A stretch of DNA of 64,000 bases. Origin: Cyanophora paradoxa CCMP329 (taxonomy: Eukaryota; Plantae; Glaucophyta). The stretch covers positions 1 to 64,000 of the forward strand of contig QPMI01000133.1 in assembly GCA_004431415.1 (NCBI GenBank), written 5' to 3'. The notes under the pieces were generated by a model. It searched no databases, was not told the origin of the DNA, and saw only the letters and a list, made by a program, of their open reading frames with translations. Of the stretch, positions 26,578 through 36,758 are shown piece by piece (positions within the stretch are counted from its first letter, which is position 1; each line of letters starts with the position of its first letter). A program made the position numbers and the translations under genes.

Positions 26578-27228
26578 TGATATCGATCACGATTCACGAT
26601 TTATATTCACGAGAATGGACACGATCAAAAGAACCGTTGAACGCAAAAGATAAGGAGAATTACCGCCGAATCGGCGCCGATTTCATTTTTTGAGAAACTA
26701 CTCACTGAGTCAGTACTAGGCTAGCTCTATTGACTATAGGCTACTAGTATAGCTAATAGCTATAGCAGTAGACTGCCAGTAGTACAGCTATAGCTACTAC
26801 TGTCACAGTGTAGGAATGCTTAAATTGCCGCGCAGTTAAATTGCCGAATTCGACCAAAACCGGAATACTAAGTTATAACTTATTACTTAAGACGCAAGCG
26901 GACACTTGCGAAAAAAATCGGGTTAACACGGCTGGCTGAGCTTGCAGTTTCGATTCAGTTCCCCGTTTTGTCGCACCCAATATGAACCCTCATGTGCGAA
27001 CACGTCGAGTGTCGACATCGGCATAGACCCGACTCACTCCCGGAGTCCGACAGCTGCCGCAGCCACTAGCTGCTGCCAGCCTGCTGGCTTAGCCTGCTGC
27101 ATGCCAGCTGCCACCGTTAACGTTGTCACGGCGTGCAGGCGGTGCAGCGCGACTCGCGGGCCCGGAAGTCGCGGCGCGCGCGCGCCGGCGGTGGCGCGCG
27201 GACCCGGACCGTCGGACTACCGACGACA

Positions 27229-27490
27229 CCGTAAAACACATAATATAAACACCGCGCCCACTTATAATTACCGCGGTACCAAAATTACCGCGCCAAAAGT
27301 TTGTAAAAACGCGGTAATTATATAATTTGGTACCGCGGAAATTACCTGCTGAGAAGTCGTGACTTAGTCGTCCCATAGAAACCTTCAATTTTAAAACGCG
27401 GTAATTTGGTACGTATACCGCAGTATTTTGCTCTAGATGGCGGGCCGGGTTTTAAAACGCGGTAATTGATGCCGCGGTTTATTAATATTT
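27229..27490. mobile_element. Degenerate MITE related to the 28558-37509 MITE
   Basis: Starts CCGTAAAAC. Carries inverted then direct subterminal units AATTACCGCG / ACGCGGTAATTTGGTAC, the same architecture as the ACGCAGTAATTTGGTAG units of the other MITE. Confidence 0.55.
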
Positions 27491-27695
27491 CTGATTGCGA
27501 TCATCGGATATCGATCGACGAACGTAGTTCCCCAAAACGACGTCGTTCCCCAAAACGCTAGATTTTGACATCGTTTGCAAACGGAGACTACGTATACGTG
27601 GCGGATTATCCGCGGATGACGTCGACGGAACTTGGCGGATATGGCGGATACTAGTAACGGAAAGTAACGGAAAGTAACGGAAAGTACTGCAGTGC

Positions 27696-27884
27696 AGGGC
27701 AGCGCATGCGCAGCGCATGCGGCAGCTGCAGCTGCAGTTTCTGTACATGTACATGTGCACAGTGCACGCGTACGTGGCTAGCGCTAGCAAGGGCAGCGCA
27801 TGCGCAGCGCATGCGGCAGCTGCAGCTGCAGTTTCTGTACATATGCATGTGCACAGTGCACGCGTACGTGGCTAGCGCTAGCAA
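27696..27884. repeat. 94-bp tandem duplication built from short palindromes
   Basis: AGGGCAGCGCATGCGCAG...GCTAGCGCTAGCAA at 27696 and 27790. Confidence 0.9.
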
Positions 27885-28779
27885 AGGCGCTAGCGCTTGT
27901 CGTAAAGGAGCACATCAGCAGCTGCTGCAGGCGGAGTCAACGCAGCCTCCGGATCCTGATCATGAATTCGAAAAGGCGATGCTAATCGAAGACGCAGCTT
28001 TAAGCTGAGGAAAATTATTCTTTTGCCTCATGATCATGCATGATCAGTGCCCTAGGCCTGCAGCTGCGGCTGAAAAATTCTAGATCTAGCATTTTTCAGA
28101 GCTTCTGTGCGCGATTCGGCGAACCCCCCCCCCCACCCCCACCCCGTGTCAGCTAGAGCTGCCCGCCACGATTTAATATTAATGTTGCAAACAGCAGCTT
28201 GCAATTGTGCAAATGTCGTACTTAATTACGTATACAATCACATGCGAGTTTTGCGCTCAGACAGACTGAAAGACGTCGACTGCGCATGCGCATGCCATGA
28301 TGCAGCTGGATCCAGAGTTCGCAAGGTTATGGATTTCTCGCGAGATTAATTTGCGATTCATCGTTGAAGGCACCGAGACCAACTTATATTTGATTACTCA
28401 GCAAATGCATCGACTCGGCGATGTCAGAAAACATCAGAACGATTATTAAATGGGGGGGGTGCGGGGGGGCTTGCCCCCCTGCTTGTTGCCGTGGCGATAA
28501 ATTGCCGAAACTCCGAATTTGATTTTTGGTGAATTACCGGCCACAGCCTCTAGTCTACCGTGTAATACTTAATTACCGCGCGGACATATCTACTGCGCTA
28601 CCATATTACTGCGCTCAAAATCTTTAGAACGCAGTAATTTGGTAGGATATACCCCCCTGGGAGCACGCCGGGAGCGTAGAGTAGGGCGCGCGGGATAGCG
28701 GCGACCGGTGGGCCCCCGCAGAGACTCCGAAGCGTGTCCGAAAACCTCCCCAAGCCACCCCGCTCGCCAGAGGGCTAAC

Positions 28780-31700
28780 ATGCAGATCCCGACGATCGGG
28801 ACCGCGCCGGAGCTGCCGGACCGCCTCCCGACGCTTCGGGTGGCTTCCATCAACACCCAGAGCAGCCGCGGCCCCAGCCGCATCGCCTGGCTCGCGACCT
28901 TCCTCCGCGAAGCTGACCCCGACATCCTGGCAGTTGTCGACCACCGCTGGCACCAGGAGGATGCCGGGACCACCGCACTCCGGCCAGAACCGGGCAGCAT
29001 CCGGGCCGCCGCCGCGGCTTTCCAACACACACATCGCATCATCGCGCGCCCGGCGCCTCTCGACCGGTCTGGCGCAGGTTACAAGCGCGGGGTCGCCTTT
29101 ATTGTTCGCAACAGGCCGCGCAAGGCAGCCGCGTTCGCCGTGCGGGAGCTCCCTCTTCCAGAGCTCGCCCCGGCGGTGGCCGACGACGTCCTCGCGGTGG
29201 AGCTGACCCTCCCGTCGCCGTCCCCCCGGCCGCCCGAGACCATCATCCTCGTAGCTATCTATGCCCCGAACGCCGCGGATAAGCAAGCCGAGCTCGCGGA
29301 AGAGCTGACCAACTGCTTCAACAGCCCGCGGTTCAGCGCCGCCCACCTCATATTCCTAGGCGACTTTAACGCGTTCGCTGACCCCGCTCTCGACTCTCGC
29401 GGACACCGGACGCACCAACCCTTCGACCATTGGGCTGATGCCCTAGCGCAGCTCGGCCTTGAAGACGTGCTCCGGCGGCGCATGCCGACGACGCCACTCT
29501 TCACGCACTACACCTCAAAAGCCGCGCCCTCCCGCTCCGATGCTGCTCGCCTTGACTACATCTTCCCTGCGCTCTCGATCGCAGACCGCGCCGTTGCCGT
29601 CGGCGTCGCTCTGTGCGCGGGCCCGGAACATCGGCCGGACCACGACGCGGTCTTCGCCGAATTCCTTCTTCCCTCCGCCGTCCCCCGCGCGACGCCTCGA
29701 TATCGCTTTGACGATCGCATCCTGCAGCTCCAGCGGTTCCGGGAAAAGGTCGAGACGATCGTCCAGCGGGCGCGCGCCGGCCACCTCGCCGGGTGGAACT
29801 ACGTGCCCGACACGGGCACGCCGGAGTGGCTCGATTGGTTCGACGCCCTCTGGGCAGAGATCATTCGGGCGGCAAAGGACACCCGCTTCGCCCTCAACTC
29901 GGCGGCCGCAGCCCAGCGGGCCGAGGTGACCGCGGACATCCGCCGCGTCGCGGAAGACCTCGCGGCCGCAGCCAACGAGTCCGAGGAACAGGGAGAACTC
30001 TTAGACATGCTGCGAGACTCAGTCTCGGAGTTCTGGGCCCTTGCTGACTCCTCCCGCGCAGCCCGCCGAGCGGCGGCGCGGGCCCGAGCGCTCGACCAAG
30101 TTCTGCGCCTCGACCCGTCCGTCGCCCGCGCGATCCGGTTTGGTGACGCCGCCCACTCGATCCCGGCCCTGCACTCGCCGGATACCGCGCCTAGACCCCC
30201 GTCCGAGCCCGAGGGGCTCACCACCGATCCCGCCCTCATAGCCGCCCGTGTCCATCGCCATTTCCAAGCTATGAATACTGCTCGTCGTCCCATGTCAGAG
30301 CATGCGACACCGTGGCCCGCCCCGACGGTGCTCGGCCTGCCCTCGCGGGGCGCTGTGCAAATACCGTCCGGGCAGCCCGGTGAGCGGCTCGAAAGTGACA
30401 TGGAATCCCCAAGCATTGCCGCGCTCGAAGCGCGCTTGCGCCGCCTTTTCTTGCTTCGCCCTGGCGCCTCGCTTTCTAAAGCCGAGGCTGAATTCCTTCT
30501 CCGGGTCTGGGACCCCCTGCCCCTGCACGCACGCCGGGCGATCGCCGGGCAAATCACATCTGGGGAAGCGCTGGAAGTCCTGCGGAGTATGAACGCGCGC
30601 ACGTCGCCGGGGCGTGACGGGCTGACTGTTAAATTCTATCTGCACTTCTGGGACATACTAGGCGACCTCGTGGTCGAGTCATTCCGCACGGCGGAAGCGG
30701 TCGGGTGCTTCTCCTTACGGCAACGCACGGGATTGATGATCCTCTTATACAAAAAGGGCGCGAGGGACAGGATCGAGAACTGGCGCCCGATTACTATCAT
30801 GCCGATCGACTTCCGGCTGTTCGGTGCCATCATGGCCCGACGCATGAACACACACGCGATGCACCACACGACATCGCCATGCCAAGCCGGCTTCATGCCT
30901 GGGCGTGCGGGCGCCGGCAACGTGTACCTGCTGCAGGCGCTGGTTAGGCTGGCCGAGCGTGAAGGGCTATGTGTCGCAGGCTTCAACAAAGACTTCCGCC
31001 AGGCGTACGATCGCGTGGAACATGTCTGGGCGCTGCGCACCGTCGCGACAATCGCGTACCCGGACGACTTCGTCTTCAAACTGCGAGCGTCGCTGAAGGG
31101 CATCCGGGTCTTCATCGTGATTAATGGGGTAGAATACGAGGTCGCTGTTCTAGTCGACTGCAGCACCCTCCAAGGAAACCCGATGTCGTGCGCACTCTTC
31201 AACACGCAGCAAGAACCGTATACCCGGGCGATACTGGCGGACCCCCGCATCCCCGGCGTCCTCATCCCGAACCCTCGCGGCGGCCCCCCCGTCCGAATCG
31301 TACTAGTCATCTTCGCTGACGACAACTTCGCGATCACCATCCTTCCGGCCGGGGACCCCGCCGCCCCCTTGCTCCTCATCCTAGCGATCGCTGACGCCTT
31401 CCATGACGTCTCCGGAGCCCTGCTGGGGTACCCCAAGTGCGCGATCCTGCCGCTGGGGACAATCGCGGGAACGGCGCCCCCCGCCTGGGCTCAGCCGTTG
31501 CTGGCAAGGGGCATTCAATGGGTACACGAAACCAAATCGCTCGGGGTACCGATCGGGCCGGACCCCGACTACAGAGCCGCCTGGCAGCGGGTGGCTGACT
31601 CCATGCTCACAGCCGCTGCCAAATTCCGCCTCACAGCCCTGAGCCTGCCAGAGCGGGTCATGATAGCGAATGTATATATCGCAGCAAAAATCTGGTACCT

Positions 31701-33567
31701 GGCCATGTTCATACCATGCCCGAGCGACGTCGAAGCCCGCATCGCTGCGATATACCGCGGCGTCATCTGGCCCGGGCGCAAGCGCGGTAGGATCAGCCAG
31801 GCAGTAGCCGCCCTCCCCCCGGAATGGGGGGGTATAGGGGCCGTAAACATACCCGAGCGGATGCGGGCGTGCGCGGGGTCCATCCTGCGCCTCCTCTGCG
31901 ACCCCACCCGCGAGGCTTGGAAGGACCTGCTCATGTACGACATCGCCCACGCGTCGAGCGCGGCCGTACGGGCCACGCTCCTGAGCGCTCCAGAGCTGGT
32001 ACTCGGCGCCTGTACCCCCCTGGGGACGGCGAGGGGGCTCCCGGCCTCCTACGCCGCCCTGCCCACGGCCCTCAAAGTCAGCAACGAAGTGGGACGAGGG
32101 CGGGCCCCTGAGTCCCTCCCAACTAGCTATGAGGCGTACCTTGCCGAGGCCCTCTGGTTCAACCCGGCCCTGTCGGAGCAGAGCTCGAGCCCCTGGGGCC
32201 GGGCGCCCGCGGACGTCAGCCTTGCAATGCGCGGGATCGGGACCGTAGCGGACCTGATCCTGGCCCTCCAGCGCCCGCTGAGCGGGCCGGTGCCGATGTC
32301 CCTAGGCCAGGCCAATCACGCCGCCACCCTGCGGGGACAGATTCGGGCACGGATGACGAGCGAGGGGCGCGGGACGCCGGACCTGGCCCTCGGCAGGGCC
32401 GCGGAGTTCCGCATCTTGGTCGGGGCGCCGGGGCCCGGGGCCCCGGCCGAACGCCTGATCCTATTCGGCGCCGCGCCCCGCACGGGGCCGGCCCTGAGCA
32501 TTCCCGTGCTCCGCGACGGCACGCTCGACGTCGCGGGGGCGGAGACGCTGGCCGCCCCCCCACCGACCACCACCCTCCGCCGCGCCGTCGTCTCCACGGT
32601 CCCGGCCAAGACGCCGTCCCTCCGGGCCCGGTTCCCGGCCGGCCGCCCCGTCTACGTCGCCGCGACGGACCGGGCGCCCTGGGTCCCGGTCGGGCTCCTC
32701 CTTGGCACGGGCCACCGCCGGAAGCGCTGGGCCGAGGCCACGATCGGCAACGTGTACGCGGCGCTGGCTAGCTCACAGGAGAACCCGGGCATCCTTACCG
32801 TGCGCCTGGGCCCCCCCCCCCCGGGTCAGACTTGGGACCGGGTATGGCGGCAAGGGGGCCGGTGCGCAGCGCTCACCGGTCCCGAGCGCCAAACGTGGAT
32901 GCTGGCCCTCCACGGGGCGCTGGCGACGGGCTCGTTCCTCCACCGATCCCGCATCTGGGACGGGCCGCAGTGCCGAATCTGCGCGGACCCTTGTGAGACG
33001 CCGGACCACGCGTTAATCGAGTGCCCGCACGCCCGCGCTTTCTGGGCAGAGCTCGTGCAGGAGATCAACACTAGGTGCGGGACGCGCCTTGAATGCACGT
33101 GGGCGCACATCCTGTCGGCTTTCTCGGCGATGCCAAGGCGCCAGGGGCCGCGGCCGCGCGCCCTCATCCCCATCCTGATCGGCATCGGCCTCCACGCGAT
33201 CTGGCGCCTGCGAGCCCGGTTCATAGCAGATCAGTCGCTGGCCACGTACCCCACCACAGCCGGGGCATGGCGGCTGTACCGCACCACGCTTTGGCTCCGC
33301 GCGTTGGACGCCAACGTACGGGCTGTATCCGCTGAGGCGGGGGTTCTCAACGTGCCGCTACCGGAGCCCCTTGACCCCGACGAGCCGGAGGCGAGCATGC
33401 TCGCGGGCCTCCTCCCGCCCTCGGCGCCCCGCCCCTCACGCGCCTCGTTCGACGCGGTGTGGGGTGCGCACGGACTCGTGTGCTGCCGCCCCGACCCCAC
33501 TCAACTCCGCATCGCGAGAGGCACGCTCACCGCAGAGCCCGAACGTTCCGACGCCGACACGAGCTAA
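28780..33567 (+). CDS. ORF2-type polyprotein: APE endonuclease, reverse transcriptase, C-terminal CCHC zinc finger (1595 aa from ATG 28780)
   Basis: APE motifs VASIN, IYAPN, GDFN, RLDYIF, PDH. RT motifs SPGRDG, NWRPIT, QAGF, DFRQAYDRV, QGNPMS, FADD. C-terminal CRIC..ETPDHALIEC. Intronless and uninterrupted. Confidence 0.96.
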   Translation: MQIPTIGTAPELPDRLPTLRVASINTQSSRGPSRIAWLATFLREADPDILAVVDHRWHQEDAGTTALRPEPGSIRAAAAAFQHTHRIIARPAPLDRSGAGYKRGVAFIVRNRPRKAAAFAVRELPLPELAPAVADDVLAVELTLPSPSPRPPETIILVAIYAPNAADKQAELAEELTNCFNSPRFSAAHLIFLGDFNAFADPALDSRGHRTHQPFDHWADALAQLGLEDVLRRRMPTTPLFTHYTSKAAPSRSDAARLDYIFPALSIADRAVAVGVALCAGPEHRPDHDAVFAEFLLPSAVPRATPRYRFDDRILQLQRFREKVETIVQRARAGHLAGWNYVPDTGTPEWLDWFDALWAEIIRAAKDTRFALNSAAAAQRAEVTADIRRVAEDLAAAANESEEQGELLDMLRDSVSEFWALADSSRAARRAAARARALDQVLRLDPSVARAIRFGDAAHSIPALHSPDTAPRPPSEPEGLTTDPALIAARVHRHFQAMNTARRPMSEHATPWPAPTVLGLPSRGAVQIPSGQPGERLESDMESPSIAALEARLRRLFLLRPGASLSKAEAEFLLRVWDPLPLHARRAIAGQITSGEALEVLRSMNARTSPGRDGLTVKFYLHFWDILGDLVVESFRTAEAVGCFSLRQRTGLMILLYKKGARDRIENWRPITIMPIDFRLFGAIMARRMNTHAMHHTTSPCQAGFMPGRAGAGNVYLLQALVRLAEREGLCVAGFNKDFRQAYDRVEHVWALRTVATIAYPDDFVFKLRASLKGIRVFIVINGVEYEVAVLVDCSTLQGNPMSCALFNTQQEPYTRAILADPRIPGVLIPNPRGGPPVRIVLVIFADDNFAITILPAGDPAAPLLLILAIADAFHDVSGALLGYPKCAILPLGTIAGTAPPAWAQPLLARGIQWVHETKSLGVPIGPDPDYRAAWQRVADSMLTAAAKFRLTALSLPERVMIANVYIAAKIWYLAMFIPCPSDVEARIAAIYRGVIWPGRKRGRISQAVAALPPEWGGIGAVNIPERMRACAGSILRLLCDPTREAWKDLLMYDIAHASSAAVRATLLSAPELVLGACTPLGTARGLPASYAALPTALKVSNEVGRGRAPESLPTSYEAYLAEALWFNPALSEQSSSPWGRAPADVSLAMRGIGTVADLILALQRPLSGPVPMSLGQANHAATLRGQIRARMTSEGRGTPDLALGRAAEFRILVGAPGPGAPAERLILFGAAPRTGPALSIPVLRDGTLDVAGAETLAAPPPTTTLRRAVVSTVPAKTPSLRARFPAGRPVYVAATDRAPWVPVGLLLGTGHRRKRWAEATIGNVYAALASSQENPGILTVRLGPPPPGQTWDRVWRQGGRCAALTGPERQTWMLALHGALATGSFLHRSRIWDGPQCRICADPCETPDHALIECPHARAFWAELVQEINTRCGTRLECTWAHILSAFSAMPRRQGPRPRALIPILIGIGLHAIWRLRARFIADQSLATYPTTAGAWRLYRTTLWLRALDANVRAVSAEAGVLNVPLPEPLDPDEPEASMLAGLLPPSAPRPSRASFDAVWGAHGLVCCRPDPTQLRIARGTLTAEPERSDADTS

Positions 33568-33628
33568 GCTGCCCTAGCTGAGCGCGAGCGGGGGCTGAGC
33601 GGGAAAACCGCCGGGCCGAGCACCACAT

Positions 33629-34579
33629 CTACGCCGCCTCCCCGTCCGGCACAGACAGACCAGCCTGGGCACAGGTCAGTGAGAGGAGACGAGGGAGCGG
33701 TGAGGCTGGGGAGCGTGCCTGCCGCAGGATGTCCAGGCACGCGGCGACAGTCTTGGCGGACTTGCACGAGCTCCCCGAGACGCCGACTACCTGATCGGCG
33801 GCGCCCGGAATCGCACGACCCCGGAACACGAAGCTCTTCCTGCGAGACCGGGGTCGCGGGGGCGAGACTCTCGGCGCTCACCGGGCGGCATGCGCACCAA
33901 GCCTCGTACACGCCGGGGACGCGCCCGGCGGAGACGGCGTAGTACTTCTCGAACCGAAGGCCCTCCCACTCCGCGTGCGAGATCTCCGGCATGCGGAGAA
34001 CTGGCGGCGCGGAGGCCGGCGGTGCACCAGCGGGCGCCGCAGCCGGCCCCTCCGGGGCGGCGACGGATGCTGGGACGGACAGGAGGGGCGTGCGGCGCGG
34101 GAACCGCTCCACCCACTCCGCACGCTGCCGAATGGCGCTCGCGACCGCGTGAACGGCCTCCGCTCGGTCACGTAGAATAAGCGCCTCACGGAGACGCAAC
34201 TCGGCGTCCACCTGCAATCGGTAGCAGTCAGCGGACGGCAGGCCGGCACGCCGCCCCACCCCGCCGCACGGAAACGCTGTCCTCGAAGCCCCAGGGACGC
34301 CCATACAGCGACTCCAGCTCGTGCGCCAGCTCGGCGGCCGTGGGGCCGGTTGGCGGGCCGTCTGACGAAAGAGCCAGCCGCACGTGCTCGACTGCGCACA
34401 AGCTAAGCGGCGGAGGACGCCATGGCGGGGCACGGACCGAAGTCTGGCGGCGAGCCCCGCTTGAAGAACCCGTTGAACACCCGGAGGATAAGAACCTCGG
34501 GTATGGCGCGCAGACCGGGCTCGGTTTTGATTCGCTTCGCTGGCTGCTCCGGGCCGTCGGCGTCGGGAGTGTCCGCCAT
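33629..34579 (-). CDS. 4-exon gene (~262 aa) ending in an RNase H1 N-terminal hybrid-binding / Cauli_VI-like domain
   Basis: Exons 34579-34438, 34391-34270, 34211-33898 and 33839-33629 are separated by GT-AG introns of 46, 58 and 58 nt and join in frame. Splicing completes KYYAVSAGRVPGVYEAW..AADQVVGVSGSSCKSAKTVAACLDIL. The N-terminus has an NLS-like PAKRIK. Confidence 0.8.
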
Positions 34580-34683
34580 CGGTTCTATACGGGGGACAAA
34601 CCGACGGGGTACAGGGATTGAGGCCCCCGGGGCCGGACCTGGGACAGGGTACACCCCCGTCTAGACTTAGAGCGGCCTCAAGG

Positions 34684-36758
34684 ATGGCGGGGAAGCAGCA
34701 ATCGATACTCGAGGGCCTCGCGCGGATGAGCCAGGCCGGCGCCAACTCCCGGACGCAGGGATCGCCGCCCCCAGCTCCGGCAACCGGGCCCGCCCACTGG
34801 CAGGCCTCGGACGGGGCCCTGCTCGGCATTTCCTCCACGATGGAGGACGACGCGTACGGCGAAGACGCCTCCGAAGTGCAAACGCTCCCCCCCGCCCGCG
34901 CCCCCCCGACGTATACACGTCGTGCGCGCGCGACCGACCGTCCTGACCATACTGGTCGCCCGACCCGCAGTCCCAGCTATACGTCGCGTTCGACCAGAGG
35001 ACCGCCAACGAGCTCATTCGGGCGCTGCGGCCCGACCAGATCCGGCAAAAGAAGGAAGGTGAGAAGGACGTGTTTGAGTACGACAAGGACGTCCTCACCC
35101 ACGACGGCCACTCCGGCCGCTTCAGCCTCCGAGGCGAGTTCAAGGTAGACCACATCCGCCGTGCGGTGGCGAACCTGCACTCGGATCTCTTCGAGGTGCC
35201 CCTCGACGAGCTGCGCCAGCGCGTGCTGGTCCGGACCGCCGGGCGGGCGGACGGCTACGTCGTCCGCTTCATCGACGATGACGGCGTCGATATCAGGCGG
35301 TCGATCATCGCCGACGAGGGCGCGATCGTGCCGCTCAAGCTCGGCCGCGCGGCCGACCCCGACCGCTTCGCGCGCGACGTGGACACCAGCATGCGCCGCG
35401 ACTACAACAAGTATCAGCGCGAGCTCATCAACCGCGGCGCCGAATCCAAGTACGTCCTGGCGGGGCACTCGTTCCGCATCGTCGGGTTCTGCACGGCCCA
35501 GCTCTCACCGGACGCGGTGCGGGACGTCGAGTACATGACCCACTTCAAGGTCGCGCTGGAGGACTCGAAGGTGCCCGAGCTGGATGGCGACGGCCAGCCT
35601 GTGATCGGCCCTGGCGGCGGCATCGTCTTCAAGAAGAAATACCTCCAGCGCGTGACGTTCCCGCGGGAGGGCGCCAAGCGCGGCTTCGTGGGCGGCGCCG
35701 ACCTGGACGGCAGCAGCCTCATCCTGTACGGCCGGGAGGACCCGCAGCCCGGGCGGCCCATGCTGGAGGGCATCCTCTTCCAGTCCAAGATCGTGTCAGT
35801 CAACGGGGTCGTTCAGGGGGCTACCGTATTTCACCCCTTCTGGCTCCCCCGCAAAATCGAGATGCTGATGACCGCGAAGGCGCCGCGGCCGAACAAGAAG
35901 GGCCACGTCCCGCGGCACCTCCAGTTCCTCTCGGAGTACAACGCGCACGTCCACGGGCGCCCACCGCCGCCGCCACCGGCGGCCGCGGGCGCCGAGGCGG
36001 CAGCGGCGGGGGCCTCGGGTGCCCCGCCCAAGCCGAAGAAGCAGAAGCTCATCACCGCCCCAGCCAAGTCCGCCCCCGCTGCCCCCGCCTCCGCCCCCGC
36101 CCCGCCCCCGGCCACCGGCACGGCCGCCGCGGCGGCGGCCGCCGTGACCGCCGCGGCGGCGGTCGCCGCGGCCGGGGCGCCCCCACCGGCGCGCGCCCCG
36201 GGCTCCGCCTTCTCCTTCCCTCCCGCCCCCGCGGCGGCTGCGCGCCCGGCCGCCCGCGAGGCCCCGCCCCCCCCGCCGACCTGGGCCCCGGGGGCCCCCA
36301 TCCAGCCGAACTGGGCCAACCTGACGGCACCCGCCGCCGCCCCCTACCAACCCGCCCCCCTGGCCGCTACCGTCATCCCCTACGGAGCGTCGGCACCGCC
36401 CGCGGCCGGCGCCCCTACCCCCGCCGAGATGGACGCCTTCTTCCTGGAGATGGCAAAGCTGCGGCAGCAGAACGCCGAGCTCCGGCAGCAGCACGCGCAG
36501 CACCAGGCGCAGCAGATGCAGCAGCCGGGGCTGGGCTCCGGCTCCATGCGGGACGGCGTCAACAAGCTCCCGGGCGGCTCGAGCAGCCTCCGCCCGGGCG
36601 CCGCGGGCCTCGACGACCTCTCCCTCCCCATCCCCACGCCGGCGGCGGCGCCGCGCCCCGTGACTGCCCCGGCGGCGGCGTCGCCGCCCGCGGCCGCCCC
36701 GAAGGCGGCGGCGGGGGCGGCCCACGCCTTCGACGCCTTTGACGACGACGAGTACTAG
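34684..36758 (+). CDS. ORF1/gag-like protein (~659 aa if spliced 34876-34970): globular N-half, Pro/Ala-rich region, coiled coil
   Basis: A long open frame at 34971-36758 follows a CTGAC branch and CCCGCAG acceptor, with an in-frame stop at 34944 upstream. RRM-like strands GYVVRF and FRIVGF, coiled coil EMAKLRQQNAELRQQ. ORF1 identity and donor position are inferred. Confidence 0.7.

Noticed and set aside
28646-28790. HDV-like ribozyme at the LINE 5' end
   Set aside because: A P2-like pairing and GGCTAA are present, but I could not build P3/L3/P1.1.
34470-34515. F-box at the N-terminus of the HBD gene (LRAIPEVLILRVF)
   Set aside because: Only the first helix resembles an F-box, and the downstream VC..W motif is absent.
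33564-34838. 424-aa minus-strand ORF as listed
   Set aside because: It reads through introns and loses the second half of the HBD motif. The 4-exon model fits better.
35880-35925. CCHC zinc knuckle in the ORF1-like protein (KKGHVPRH)
   Set aside because: GH is present but all three cysteines are missing.
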